The notes below the pieces were generated by a model. That model did no database searches. It worked only from the letters and a program-made list of their open reading frames with translations, and had not been told where the DNA came from. A stretch of 64,000 nt of DNA from contig OY761158.1 in the NCBI GenBank assembly GCA_963664405.1, positions 5,760,001 to 5,824,000 of the forward strand, given 5' to 3'. Each line of letters opens with the position of its first letter. Position 1 is the stretch's first letter. This document shows positions 39,945-49,827 of this stretch, piece by piece. Origin of the DNA: Thermoanaerobaculia bacterium (lineage in GTDB: Bacteria; Acidobacteriota; Thermoanaerobaculia; Multivoradales; Multivoraceae). Made by a program: the position numbers and the translations under genes.

Positions 39945-42887
39945 GTGATGACGATCGGCGCAGGCCCCGTCTATCCTCAGGCTGACGTGCGATCCGTCCC
40001 CCTTGCGGCGTTTCGTGACGAGCTCGAGGCGAAGATCGAAGGCGAAGTCCGCTTCGACAAGATCTCCAGGGCTCTTTATTCCACCGACGCCAGCGTTTAC
40101 CGCATCGAGCCGGTTGGCGTAGTGGTGGTGAAGTCGCGTGAGGATGTCATCCGAGCGGTCGAGGTCTGCGCCAAGTTTCGCTGCCCGCTGACCCTGAGAG
40201 GCGGCGGCACCTCCCAGGCCGGCCAGGCCATCGGCCCGGGCCTTCAGATCGACACCTCGAAATACTTCAATCAGCTTCTCGAGCTCAACGTCCAAGAGCG
40301 CTGGGCGCGAGTGCAGCCTGGCATCGTGCTGGCCGAGCTGAACTCTCTCCTGGAGGCGAAGGGCCTTCGCTTCGCGCCTGACATCTCTACCGCCAATCGG
40401 GCCACCGTCGGCGGCATGATGGCAAACAACTCGAGTGGTGCGCGGTCGGTTCTCTACGGCAAGACGATCGATCACGTGCTCGAGCAAGAGGTCGTTCTCG
40501 CGGATGGCTCCGTGGTCTGCTTCGGGCCGCTGAAGGAGCAAGAGCTGAACGCTGTGTGCAGCGGTGACTCACTCGAGGCCGCTTGTTACCGAGTGTTGAG
40601 GGACGTAGTAAACGAGAACGCCGACGAGGTGGAGCGTCGTTTTCCCAAGATTCTGCGACGGGTGGGGGGCTACAACCTCGACTCCTTCATTCGGCGCGGT
40701 GAGCCCTTCAACATGACCAAGCTGATGGTGGGCTCGGAAGGGACCCTCGGGGTGGTACTGGAGGCGAAGATCAACCTCGTCCCGCTGCCGTGCGCGAAGG
40801 CCGTGCTGGTGATTCAGTTCCACGACCTGCTGCAGGCTCTGGAAGCGACGCCTGTGATCTTGCGCCACCAGCCGTCGGCGGTGGAAGTAATGGATCGCTT
40901 CATTCTCGACAACACCAAACAGAGTGCGCTCCTCGACGCTCTGCGTCGGACTTTCATAGAGGGCGATCCCGAGGCGCTCCTGTGCGTGGAGCTCTATGCG
41001 GATCGGGCCGAAGACCTGCCGCCTCGCTTGGAGGCCCTCGAGCGGGATCTTGCATCCCATGCATTCGGGTACCGGACTCACCGCGCCCTGGAAGACGCCG
41101 AGCAGCAACGGATATGGCAGTTGCGTGAGGCCGCGCTCGGTCTCTCGATGGCGACCAAAGAGGAGTCGAAATCGATCTCCTTCGTCGAAGACACCGCCGT
41201 TGCCCCCGACCGACTAAGAGACTACATCGATCGCTTTCTGAGCATCATACGGCGTCATGAGACGACGGCTGGTGTTTACGCACACGCCTCGGTCGGCTGT
41301 CTCCACGTGCGGCCGGTGGTCAACCTCAAGACCGAGGAGGGTGTGCAGAAGTTCGAGGCGATTGCCAACGACATCTCCGACCTGGTGCTCGAGTTCGGCG
41401 GCGCACTGTCCGGGGAGCATGGCGATGGATTGGTTCGCAGTCCCTTCATCGAGAAGATGTTCGGTCCGATCTTGTACGAGGCGTTTCGAAGCATCAAATA
41501 TACCTTCGACCCGGACGGCATCCTGAACCCTGGCAAGATCGTGGATGCGGCGCCGCTGACCGCCAATCTGCGCTACGGCCCCGGATACACGACGCCTCGG
41601 CCGAGCACCTACTTCGACTATTCGGAGTACGAGGGCATGGGCGGCGCGGTCGACATGTGTAGCGGCCTCGGGGCGTGCCGCAAGACCCTCGACGGGACCA
41701 TGTGCCCGTCCTACATGGCGACTCGCGAGGAGGCTCACTCGACACGGGGGCGGGCGAATGTGCTGCGCCTGGCGATGGCCGGTCAGCTGGGAGAGGCGGG
41801 GCTCGGTGACGAGGGTGTGCGCGAAGTGCTTGATCTCTGCCTGGAGTGCCGGGCGTGCAAGGCCGAGTGCCCGGTGGGCGTCGACATGGCCCGTTTCAAG
41901 AGCGAGTTTCTGGCCGACTACTGGAGCCGGCACGGCACCTCCACGAGGGCGCTGGTGTTTGGCCGAATCGATGAGATCGCCCGGTGGGGAAGTCGTCTCG
42001 CGCCGCTCTCGAACTGGGTGACAAGGAGCGCGCCGGCACGATGGCTGAGTCAGGGACTGCTTGGCCTCGACCGCAGGCGGAAGCCGCCGGCTTGGGTCCA
42101 TCGGACCTTCTCTCGACGCTTTGCCGATCGTGGTTCTGAGCGGTCGAGCTCGGATGCAGGGGTGAGGCTTTTCAACGACACTTTTACCAATCACTATCAT
42201 CCGGAGATCGGGATGGCCGGTACCCGGCTGCTCGAGGCGGCCGGTTTGACGGTGGGGCTGGCTGGGAACGTTTGCTGCGGAAGGCCTCTCATCTCCCAAG
42301 GTCTCCTTTCCGCGGCCCGCAGCCGCGGGGAGACGAATACGGAATTGCTCTTTCCCCTCGTAGAGAAGGGTGAAAAGTTGGTGTTCTTCGAGCCGAGCTG
42401 CCTCTCGGCAATGCGGGAAGACGTACCTGCGCTCTTGCGTGGCGAAGTCCGTCGAAACGCGCAACGGGTAGCCGATAGTTGTGTTCTCTTCGAGGAGTTT
42501 CTCGAACAGGAGCTTCACGAGGGGAAGGTGGATTTGGCCTTCCGGCCCGGACCCGCGGAGCTCCTTCTCCATGGTCACTGTCATCAGAAAGCGATGGGGC
42601 TGGTGGCGCCCGCGAAGGCTTTGTTGTCTCGCGTACCTGGCTCCACAGTGGTCGATCTCGACGCCGGTTGCTGCGGGATGGCTGGCTCCTTTGGCTACCA
42701 GCGCGATCATTTCGAGGTGTCGCAGAAGATCGCTGAGCGTCGGTTACTGCCCGCTGCGAGAAACCTGGGTCCCGACTCTGTGCTGGTCGCCTCGGGGATG
42801 TCGTGCCGGCATCAGGTGGCAGATCTAGCCGGAGTTCGTGCCCAGCACCCTGCCGAGCTTCTCTGGTCGCTGTTGGAACGAGGCTAG
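39945..42887 (+). CDS. FAD-binding, Fe-S oxidoreductase (GlcD/YdiJ-like)
   Basis: RGGGTS, GSEGTLG, GEHGDG, CLECRACKAECP, CCG domains. Confidence 0.92.
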   Translation: MMTIGAGPVYPQADVRSVPLAAFRDELEAKIEGEVRFDKISRALYSTDASVYRIEPVGVVVVKSREDVIRAVEVCAKFRCPLTLRGGGTSQAGQAIGPGLQIDTSKYFNQLLELNVQERWARVQPGIVLAELNSLLEAKGLRFAPDISTANRATVGGMMANNSSGARSVLYGKTIDHVLEQEVVLADGSVVCFGPLKEQELNAVCSGDSLEAACYRVLRDVVNENADEVERRFPKILRRVGGYNLDSFIRRGEPFNMTKLMVGSEGTLGVVLEAKINLVPLPCAKAVLVIQFHDLLQALEATPVILRHQPSAVEVMDRFILDNTKQSALLDALRRTFIEGDPEALLCVELYADRAEDLPPRLEALERDLASHAFGYRTHRALEDAEQQRIWQLREAALGLSMATKEESKSISFVEDTAVAPDRLRDYIDRFLSIIRRHETTAGVYAHASVGCLHVRPVVNLKTEEGVQKFEAIANDISDLVLEFGGALSGEHGDGLVRSPFIEKMFGPILYEAFRSIKYTFDPDGILNPGKIVDAAPLTANLRYGPGYTTPRPSTYFDYSEYEGMGGAVDMCSGLGACRKTLDGTMCPSYMATREEAHSTRGRANVLRLAMAGQLGEAGLGDEGVREVLDLCLECRACKAECPVGVDMARFKSEFLADYWSRHGTSTRALVFGRIDEIARWGSRLAPLSNWVTRSAPARWLSQGLLGLDRRRKPPAWVHRTFSRRFADRGSERSSSDAGVRLFNDTFTNHYHPEIGMAGTRLLEAAGLTVGLAGNVCCGRPLISQGLLSAARSRGETNTELLFPLVEKGEKLVFFEPSCLSAMREDVPALLRGEVRRNAQRVADSCVLFEEFLEQELHEGKVDLAFRPGPAELLLHGHCHQKAMGLVAPAKALLSRVPGSTVVDLDAGCCGMAGSFGYQRDHFEVSQKIAERRLLPAARNLGPDSVLVASGMSCRHQVADLAGVRAQHPAELLWSLLERG

Positions 42888-42889
42888 CG

Positions 42890-44224
42890 GTGATCACAGA
42901 CAGCCCCGGCGTTGCGCTACTCGGACTGCTTGCGGTCGTGGTGCTTCTGTTCTTGCTGATCGCTCGCTACAAGTGGCATGTCTTTATCGCGCTCTTGCTG
43001 CCCATTCTCCTCTTGGCGTTGGTGCCCGGTATCGATCGTCAGGCGTTCATCGAGGCCTTCGAGCACGGATTCGGTCGTACCATTCAGAGCATCGCGGTAG
43101 TCATCGTGCTCGGATCGATCCTCGCCGAGGCGCTCAAGCACACCGGCGGTATCGAGCGGATTACCACCTCGATGGTGCGCTGGGTAGGCGAGGGGCGCAT
43201 GCCCCTTGCGCTCACTCTGAGTGGCTTCGTCGTCGGACTGGCGATCTTCTCCGATGTCGGTTACGTGATTCTCAATCCGCTGGTTCATTCGGCGGCACTG
43301 AGCAGTGGTCTGAACATGAGTGTGATGGCCACCGGCCTGGTCGGAGCCATGCAACTGACTCACGCGATGGTGCCCCCTACCCCGGGTCCGCTTGCTGCGG
43401 CCGCGCTGGTCGGAGCCGACATCGGACGTGTCATCCTGTTCGGCAGCATCATTACTCTGGTGGCCTCTCTCGCGGGCTGGGCCTTTGCACTACTCGTCGG
43501 ACCGCGGATTGAATCGCCGCCATCATCCGAGTTCGTCGGCCAGACCTTGACCGACGGCGAGCTGCCGACGACCTGGCGGGCTTACGCGCCGATTTTAGTT
43601 CCGATGGCACTCATCGCAGGGCAGAGTGTGACGGCGTTCCTATTGCCGGCGGAGCATGTTGTGAACGCCGTGATGTTGTTTCTCGGGTGGCCTGTAGTGG
43701 CGCTCAGTGTCGGCATAGTGATGGCGTATCGCAGCACCACCAGCGCGCAGGGAGTGGCACGCACGAGCACCTGGATCGAAGACGGTCTGCGCACGTCGGC
43801 AATGATCATCATGGTGACCGGCCTGGGCGGCTCGCTGAGCCACATCTTGCGTGAAACTCCCGCGGTCGATGCTATTGCAGACACTGTGAGCGCGGTCGGA
43901 CTGCCCGCGATCTTCCTGCCTTTCGTGCTCGGCGTGGTGGGCAACATGGTCACCGGCTCGACGACGGTCGGCGTGATCACCGCCGCGTCGGTGACGGCAC
44001 CGATGATGGGTACCCTGGGGCTGAGTCCCGAGGCGACCATGCTGGCCGGCGCTGCCGGCTCGATGATCATCAAGTACGTCAACTCGAGCTACTTCTGGGT
44101 CTGCACCTCGCTGTCGAGGATGCCGCTCAAGTCTGCGTTGCTCTCTTTTGGCGGCGTGACCTTCGTCAACGGCGTGGTGGCGATGGTGATGGTGTACCTG
44201 CTGTGGAGCGTCGGGTTGATTTGA
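42890..44224 (+). CDS. GntP-family permease
   Basis: Multi-TM; FSDVGY, HAMVPPTPGP, GSTTV, VNSSYFW. Confidence 0.85.
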   Translation: MITDSPGVALLGLLAVVVLLFLLIARYKWHVFIALLLPILLLALVPGIDRQAFIEAFEHGFGRTIQSIAVVIVLGSILAEALKHTGGIERITTSMVRWVGEGRMPLALTLSGFVVGLAIFSDVGYVILNPLVHSAALSSGLNMSVMATGLVGAMQLTHAMVPPTPGPLAAAALVGADIGRVILFGSIITLVASLAGWAFALLVGPRIESPPSSEFVGQTLTDGELPTTWRAYAPILVPMALIAGQSVTAFLLPAEHVVNAVMLFLGWPVVALSVGIVMAYRSTTSAQGVARTSTWIEDGLRTSAMIIMVTGLGGSLSHILRETPAVDAIADTVSAVGLPAIFLPFVLGVVGNMVTGSTTVGVITAASVTAPMMGTLGLSPEATMLAGAAGSMIIKYVNSSYFWVCTSLSRMPLKSALLSFGGVTFVNGVVAMVMVYLLWSVGLI

Positions 44225-44271
44225 GCCGAGTCGATCGCTGATAAATATGGAGTCCTCAGAGGAGCCTGTGG

Positions 44272-45276
44272 ATGAAGAAAGTAGCTCGCTTTGCGTGCCT
44301 TGCGGTCGCGCTGGGTGTCGTTGCAGAGGTCGCGCCCGTCGACGCCGAGCCAACGGCGGAGCTGGGCACGCGGGGGATGGTCGAGCAGGCCTTGGAGTGG
44401 TACCTCGGGGTCTCGGGCCGGATCAACGATGCGGAGGCGCAGCGTCTGTTCCAGACTGCGGCAGACGCTGGAGATCCGCTGGCTACGATGTTTCTGGCTC
44501 GCAGCTACTTCAAAGGAAAGGTCGGCTTGGCAAGAGACCCTGCACTCGGGATCGAGCTCGCAGAGACAGTCATCGAAGTAGTAAAGGAGGAAGCTGACGG
44601 GGGCTCTCTCTTGGCTAAGACGTTACTTGCTTCCGCCTATCAAGAGGGCCTTGCTGTAGCCGTTGATGGGAAGTTGGCGGCGGAGCTCTACGGTAGCGCT
44701 TGCGATGGTGGGAGCCGCTGGGCCTGTGGCAATCTAGGCGGTATGTACGCCAACGGCTTCGGCGTGGCCGAGGACGATGGACGAGCCGTGGAGCTGTACA
44801 GAAGCGCTTGCAGTGGCGGGTATCAAGAGGCTTGCCGCAGTCTGGGCAATATGTACCGAGACGGTGCAGGGGTTGCCGAGGACGGCGAGCGGGCTGTGGT
44901 GCATTACCGGGCAGCTTGCGATGCCGGATCCCTCCTCGCATGCGTCAACCTGGGCTATATGTACCAAACCGGCCAGGGCGTCGAGGAGGACGACTCGCGA
45001 GCAGCGCAGCTGTACTCGTCGTCTTGCGATAGGGGTGCCTCATTGGGTTGCAACAATCTGGGTGTGAGGTACGACAGAGGCGAAGGGGTGCAGCAAGACG
45101 GCGTCCGAGCTGCGGGGTTGTACCGGCGGGCGTGCGACCGTGGGTACGCGTTGGGCTGTCGAAACTTGGGGTGGAAGTATCACGGTGAGAGTGTCCCCGG
45201 GAGCCAACAACGTGCCCGAGAGCTCTGGGGAAGGGCCTGCGTCTTGGGCGATGAAGTGGCTTGCAGCCTCGAGTGA
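44272..45276 (+). CDS. Secreted Sel1-like repeat protein (Cys-rich)
   Basis: Signal peptide; repeated ACDGG...AC.NLG.MY..G.GV.ED. Confidence 0.9.
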   Translation: MKKVARFACLAVALGVVAEVAPVDAEPTAELGTRGMVEQALEWYLGVSGRINDAEAQRLFQTAADAGDPLATMFLARSYFKGKVGLARDPALGIELAETVIEVVKEEADGGSLLAKTLLASAYQEGLAVAVDGKLAAELYGSACDGGSRWACGNLGGMYANGFGVAEDDGRAVELYRSACSGGYQEACRSLGNMYRDGAGVAEDGERAVVHYRAACDAGSLLACVNLGYMYQTGQGVEEDDSRAAQLYSSSCDRGASLGCNNLGVRYDRGEGVQQDGVRAAGLYRRACDRGYALGCRNLGWKYHGESVPGSQQRARELWGRACVLGDEVACSLE

Positions 45277-45378
45277 GCCGCCGATATCGAGGACGAGTGG
45301 TGCGATCGCGTCTGGGGAGCTCGCCTAGGAGCGTGTCCGAGAATTCGGACAGGCGAGTAGTTCTTAGGGGGGGATGGG

Positions 45379-45409
45379 CCGGAGAACGGGTCGAAGGCCC
45401 GTTTTCCGG
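45379..45409. terminator. 14-bp hairpin between convergent genes
   Basis: CCGGAGAACGGGTC-GAA-GGCCCGTTTTCCGG. Confidence 0.55.
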
Positions 45410-45411
45410 GG

Positions 45412-47247
45412 CTAGGGCGTGATCCAGATCGGTGAAGACCAGGCGCGCTCCTGAATGGTCGCCGGAAGATCCGGACGCAGAGGCGAGCCGGCGTGCAGGG
45501 CGTCCCAGGTCGACCAACGGCAGGTCGGGTTCTCGAGCAGGCGGGCGTAGTAGAACGCCCGCTGTGTTTCATCGAAGTCGGGATCCTCCCAGACCTCGAT
45601 GAGCTCATCTGCGCCCTGTGTCGGCGTCGGGCTACAGTCGCTCAGGTCGACGTCGGCGCCGTTGTCGGGACACCGTTGGGTCTCGGCATCCGGCTCCAAC
45701 CCATCAGAGCAGGCGACGTCGAAGACGCGTTCTCGCGCTTGGCCGTCTTCCATCCAGCCCTTGACGACCTGGAGGCGTTGAAGCTTGGCGCCCTTCGGGT
45801 CCTGTTGGCCCCAGGCGAAGAATCGTGGCGCGCGACCCGGGCGCGGCGGAAGATCTCCACCCATGGATACGCCGCCGGCGTAGGCCGCTTGGGCCGGGTC
45901 TTGACGCGATGCCAGATCCTCGGGCAGATCGTAGCCGGCAAAGAAGCGCAGGCGCATACGTGGTCCGCTGGTGGCGAAGGTCTCCTTGCGCCGGAAGGCG
46001 TCGTAGATCGACTCGCGGGTATTCTCCTCGGCCCACACCGCGGCCAGGCCGGAAGCCGCCCACGGAGTAAAGAGCGTCACGGCGTAGGTCGGCTCCTCGG
46101 CGTCGATATCGACGGCTACCGATCCGCGCAGCCGGCCGCTGGCGTCGAGGAGGCCGAGCTTGGAAAAGAAGCTCGATTCGTCGAACGAGCCGCCGCCGCT
46201 ATGGGAGTCGCTCGAGCCGATGAGGCCAAAGCGATAGGGATTGAAGCCTTGCCCCTCCTCCAGCCGTAGGCCGTCGAGATAGGCCTCGCGCACATAGCTG
46301 CCGCGGGGCTTGCTGCGGAGCCAGCTGGCGGTGCGGTAGGGCGAGATCTCGAAGTCCGCCCACTCGTCGTTCGGTGACAGGATGGGGTGCGCTTCCGAGG
46401 TCCCCTTGACCTGGGTCACCTCGACCAGGGGCTCGTTGCGCATGCGGGTTTCGGCGTATGCGGCGTCGAGTGGCCGTCCGTCGAAGGTCTGGAGCGCGAA
46501 CATATGGCCATTCGAGGCGTTCGAGTTGTGGGGGATCGCCAGTGCCTCGATCCCTTCACCGCGGAGCTCGTCCATCCATGCCCACAGTTTCTCGGGGTTG
46601 AGCGAGTCCAGACGGCTGAAGAGGATCTCGGGCGCTGCCCGGCCGCGAAAGATCACATTGCGGTGCAGATTGCCACCGAAAGCCGAGGTGTACTCGTAGC
46701 CGATGAAGGTAGTGAGCTTGCCCGGCTCGTAATGCCGCTCGGCGGCCTCGATAGTGCGCTGCCAGGCCGAGCGCAGAACGTCGCGGTCGAGATGCTCCTC
46801 GACGTAAGAGGAGCCGAATAGAGCTGCCCAGGCCTCCGGCACGGTCCGAGCCTCGGTGTAGCGCTTGGCCTCGGGGAGCTGTGACAGCGGATGGGATGGA
46901 TCGGCCATGGCGTCGACCATGCCGAGGTAGTGGGCGTGGTCGGTGACGGCGTAAAAGTCGAGCGGTCGGTCGAGTCGGATCTCGAAGCCGGCCGGGTGGC
47001 GGAGACTCTCACCCTTGGCGAATCGATAGGCATCATCTGGTGTGGTGCGTGTGCCGACGGCGAAGGCATCGAAAGAAAAGCGAGTGTGGACATGGAGATC
47101 ACCGAAGTAGGCGTTACGTGTCTGTTGATGTTGCGCGGAACCTGCCGCGGGGCTCGCGGTCTCCGGCGGCTTGTCATCTCGAGGCCCTTCAGCTACGCCG
47201 CAGCCAAGGGCGAGAGCTAGGCCGAGCGAAAGGAAACCCAACTGCAT
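45412..47247 (-). CDS. DUF3604-family lipoprotein
   Basis: LALGC lipobox, YFGDLHVHT, VTDHA, NLHRNV, IPHNSN, IQERAWSSPIW. Confidence 0.88.
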   Translation of the reverse strand: MQLGFLSLGLALALGCGVAEGPRDDKPPETASPAAGSAQHQQTRNAYFGDLHVHTRFSFDAFAVGTRTTPDDAYRFAKGESLRHPAGFEIRLDRPLDFYAVTDHAHYLGMVDAMADPSHPLSQLPEAKRYTEARTVPEAWAALFGSSYVEEHLDRDVLRSAWQRTIEAAERHYEPGKLTTFIGYEYTSAFGGNLHRNVIFRGRAAPEILFSRLDSLNPEKLWAWMDELRGEGIEALAIPHNSNASNGHMFALQTFDGRPLDAAYAETRMRNEPLVEVTQVKGTSEAHPILSPNDEWADFEISPYRTASWLRSKPRGSYVREAYLDGLRLEEGQGFNPYRFGLIGSSDSHSGGGSFDESSFFSKLGLLDASGRLRGSVAVDIDAEEPTYAVTLFTPWAASGLAAVWAEENTRESIYDAFRRKETFATSGPRMRLRFFAGYDLPEDLASRQDPAQAAYAGGVSMGGDLPPRPGRAPRFFAWGQQDPKGAKLQRLQVVKGWMEDGQARERVFDVACSDGLEPDAETQRCPDNGADVDLSDCSPTPTQGADELIEVWEDPDFDETQRAFYYARLLENPTCRWSTWDALHAGSPLRPDLPATIQERAWSSPIWITP

Positions 47248-47337
47248 CGATTGATTATGCACAAATGAAATATGACACATTACGCGGATGAGACTCATCA
47301 GAGAGGCCCACCGAGTAGGGCGAAAGGACGAGCTCTT

Positions 47338-48441
47338 GTGAAGATAACGAATGTCAAAGTCGACATGTTCAATTGGAAATCCGAGCCCTGGAAAACAGGG
47401 GTCGGCACCATGTTCGGGCAAACCAGGCAGCTCGGTATCGTCACCGTGGAGACCGATCAAGGTGTCAGCGGTAACGCTTTCTTGGGATCGTCTCGAATGG
47501 GGGCGGATCACTTTGCACTGGGATTGATCGAGTTCATCAAACCGATGCTCGTGGGGCGCAACCCGCAGGATATCGGGAAGTTGTGGTGGGAGATGTGGAA
47601 GATGAATCGTTCGGTCTCGACTTATGTGATCGGGGCCATCGATATCTGCTTGTGGGATATCAATGGCAAGGTCGCAGGACAGCCGATTCATCGGCTGATC
47701 GGAACCTGCAAGGATCAGGTTCCGGCCTACTCGAGCACGGCCTTCCACGAAACCACGGCGGCATACGCCGAAGAAGCGCTCAAGTTCAAAGAGCTAGGCT
47801 GGCCGGCCCACAAGATCCACCCCGACGGAGACCCGAAGAAAGACATCGAGATTTGTCAGGCGGTCCGGGAGGCGGTAGGGGATGAGATGAAACTGATGCT
47901 CGACTCGATGTGGGCTTATCAATATGAAGACGCCTTACGAGTAGGCAGAGCGATCGAAGACCTTGACTTCTATTGGTACGAGGATCCACTGGTTGAAGAG
48001 GATGTTTACAACTATGTGAAGCTCAATCAGAAGCTGGATATCCCGATCATGTCGACGGAGTTCGCGCCGGGTAGGTACTACGGAATGGCTTCCTGGATCA
48101 CCCAATACGCCACCGATATCCTGCGTGGCGATGTTGCACTCACAGGAGGTATTACGCCTCTAGTCAGACTCTGCAATTTAGCCGAAGGCTTCAATATGAA
48201 GTGCGAGATTCATCACGGCGGCAACAGCCTCAACAATGTGGCGAATCTACACGTCACCATGGCGGTGCCGAATTGTGAATTTTATGAAGTCTTCCCCTGT
48301 ACCGGCGCCAACAAGTACGGCCTGGTCGAAGACATCGAGGTCGACGATCGAGGGCTGGTCTATGCTCCAACCGAGCCGGGCCTCGGTTATGAGATCGATT
48401 GGGAGCTGGTGAAACGAGAGCACACCGCTACTCTCGAATAA
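47338..48441 (+). CDS. Mandelate racemase/muconate lactonizing enzyme family protein
   Basis: AIDICLWDINGK, KIH, LMLD, WYEDP, PGLGYEID; GTG start after AAGGA. Confidence 0.9.
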   Translation: MKITNVKVDMFNWKSEPWKTGVGTMFGQTRQLGIVTVETDQGVSGNAFLGSSRMGADHFALGLIEFIKPMLVGRNPQDIGKLWWEMWKMNRSVSTYVIGAIDICLWDINGKVAGQPIHRLIGTCKDQVPAYSSTAFHETTAAYAEEALKFKELGWPAHKIHPDGDPKKDIEICQAVREAVGDEMKLMLDSMWAYQYEDALRVGRAIEDLDFYWYEDPLVEEDVYNYVKLNQKLDIPIMSTEFAPGRYYGMASWITQYATDILRGDVALTGGITPLVRLCNLAEGFNMKCEIHHGGNSLNNVANLHVTMAVPNCEFYEVFPCTGANKYGLVEDIEVDDRGLVYAPTEPGLGYEIDWELVKREHTATLE

Positions 48442-48467
48442 GGGTGCGATGTAAGCGCCGACGCTGT

Positions 48468-49514
48468 TCAGCGTCCGCTACTCTGACTTGCCTCGCTCTC
48501 GAGCAGTCGTGAGCCGCGGAGCATGTTCCCTATCGCATAGTTGCCTTCGTGGCAGGCGTACTCGTAGACCCGCCCCCCTCGCTTCATCAGCATGATTCCG
48601 GTGAAGGGCTTGGTGTAGGTCGCGGGGTCGTCGACGGTGAACTCGTAGCGCAGGGTGTCTTCGTCGACTCGCTGAAAGCGCTCGGTGACCCGCATGTGCT
48701 CGGCGCTGCCGACCGCGCCAAAGACGTTCCCCGAGAAGCTGGTGATCTTGGGGCTGAAGTTTGTCGTCTCGACGACCAACTCATCCCCTTCCCAACGCCC
48801 CAGCGAGGCCCCCATCCAGGGGCGCATATGCATCGGAAGACGACCGCGACCGTCGATGGGGACGATCCGCGCTTCGTGCACCATTTCGCTGAGGATGACG
48901 ACGTGATCACCGGTCTGCACGATCCTGATGTTCTGGTTGTAGCCGCCGGGGATGATCGGAGGCCCGGAGTTGAAGCCGAGCAGGCAACGCTCCGCTAGAC
49001 CGCGGCTCTCCGGCCCGTCGGTGCCAATGCCTCCGACCCGCAGTCGCACCGGCAGATCGGTCGGCAGATCGTCCCCAGGCGTCTGTTTCTTCACGCCCGG
49101 ATGGGTGGGCGGCAGTCGGCCGTTCGGCGGATCGACGATCAACGAAGTGCGGCGGTCCTCGCTGACCCCCGCTCCGCGGTCCATCCAAAAGGTGTTATAG
49201 CCGCCAACGTTGCCGCCCTGTGGGGGCGCCTTCCGGTTCGGGTCGCTCGGTTGATCACGCTGCTGCGTTCGCGCAGCGGCCTTCGACTCGATCTCGGCGA
49301 CATCCTGAGCACTCAAGACTGCCTGGTCTGCCCTTTCCTTGGGTCGAACGAGTGGGGTCAGAGTACGGAAGTCCCAAACCCCCTCGAGGTCGGGCCGGCC
49401 GTCCGAGAGATTCGCCTCGGCCGCAAGGCAGGGTACCCCCGTCAAGAGAACGGTCAGACCCATCAGCAGGACTGAGCTTGGCGTTCTGAAGCTGATTTGT
49501 CCTTGTCGAGGCAT
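48468..49514 (-). CDS. Conserved hypothetical secreted protein
   Basis: Signal-like N-terminus, PDLEGVW, SLIVDPPNG, G.WEGD.LVVET, YEYACHEGN. Confidence 0.75.
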   Translation of the reverse strand: MPRQGQISFRTPSSVLLMGLTVLLTGVPCLAAEANLSDGRPDLEGVWDFRTLTPLVRPKERADQAVLSAQDVAEIESKAAARTQQRDQPSDPNRKAPPQGGNVGGYNTFWMDRGAGVSEDRRTSLIVDPPNGRLPPTHPGVKKQTPGDDLPTDLPVRLRVGGIGTDGPESRGLAERCLLGFNSGPPIIPGGYNQNIRIVQTGDHVVILSEMVHEARIVPIDGRGRLPMHMRPWMGASLGRWEGDELVVETTNFSPKITSFSGNVFGAVGSAEHMRVTERFQRVDEDTLRYEFTVDDPATYTKPFTGIMLMKRGGRVYEYACHEGNYAIGNMLRGSRLLESEASQSSGR

Positions 49515-49599
49515 TCGGGCACCCCTTTCGGTTGTGTCACCATAGACTACACTGCTTGCCCCTTCCGGCTCGACGGCCACCACGCTACAGTACGCGGCC

Positions 49600-49827
49600 G
49601 TGGCACGTAGCTCGATCCTGACTCTTGCAGTCTTGCTCGCGGCTCACCTTCCGGTGTGGGCCGACGGCCCACAGACCGGGACCATCGATGGCCGTGTCCT
49701 CGACGCGCAGGGGCAGCCTGTGGAAGGTGCCACAGTGATCTTGGCCGGTCAGCAGAGCACCAGAGCGACGAAAAGTGGTGCCGATGGCACCTATCGCGTC
49801 GGCCTCAGAGATCCATTATGGCGTTGA
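49600..49827 (+). pseudogene. Signal peptide + carboxypeptidase-regulatory-like domain (TonB-dependent receptor N-terminal fragment)
   Basis: TGTIDGRVLDAQGQPVEGATV...DGTYR, cut off where it meets the convergent SSS gene. Confidence 0.7.

Noticed and set aside
47285-47335. SAM-I riboswitch or hammerhead (CTCATCAGAG / CTGATGAG)
   Set aside because: The remaining conserved elements and pairings are absent; it is only a short palindrome.
47248-47748. N-terminal extension of the 778-aa DUF3604 ORF
   Set aside because: It is antisense to the racemase gene; the lipoprotein signal starts at 47247.
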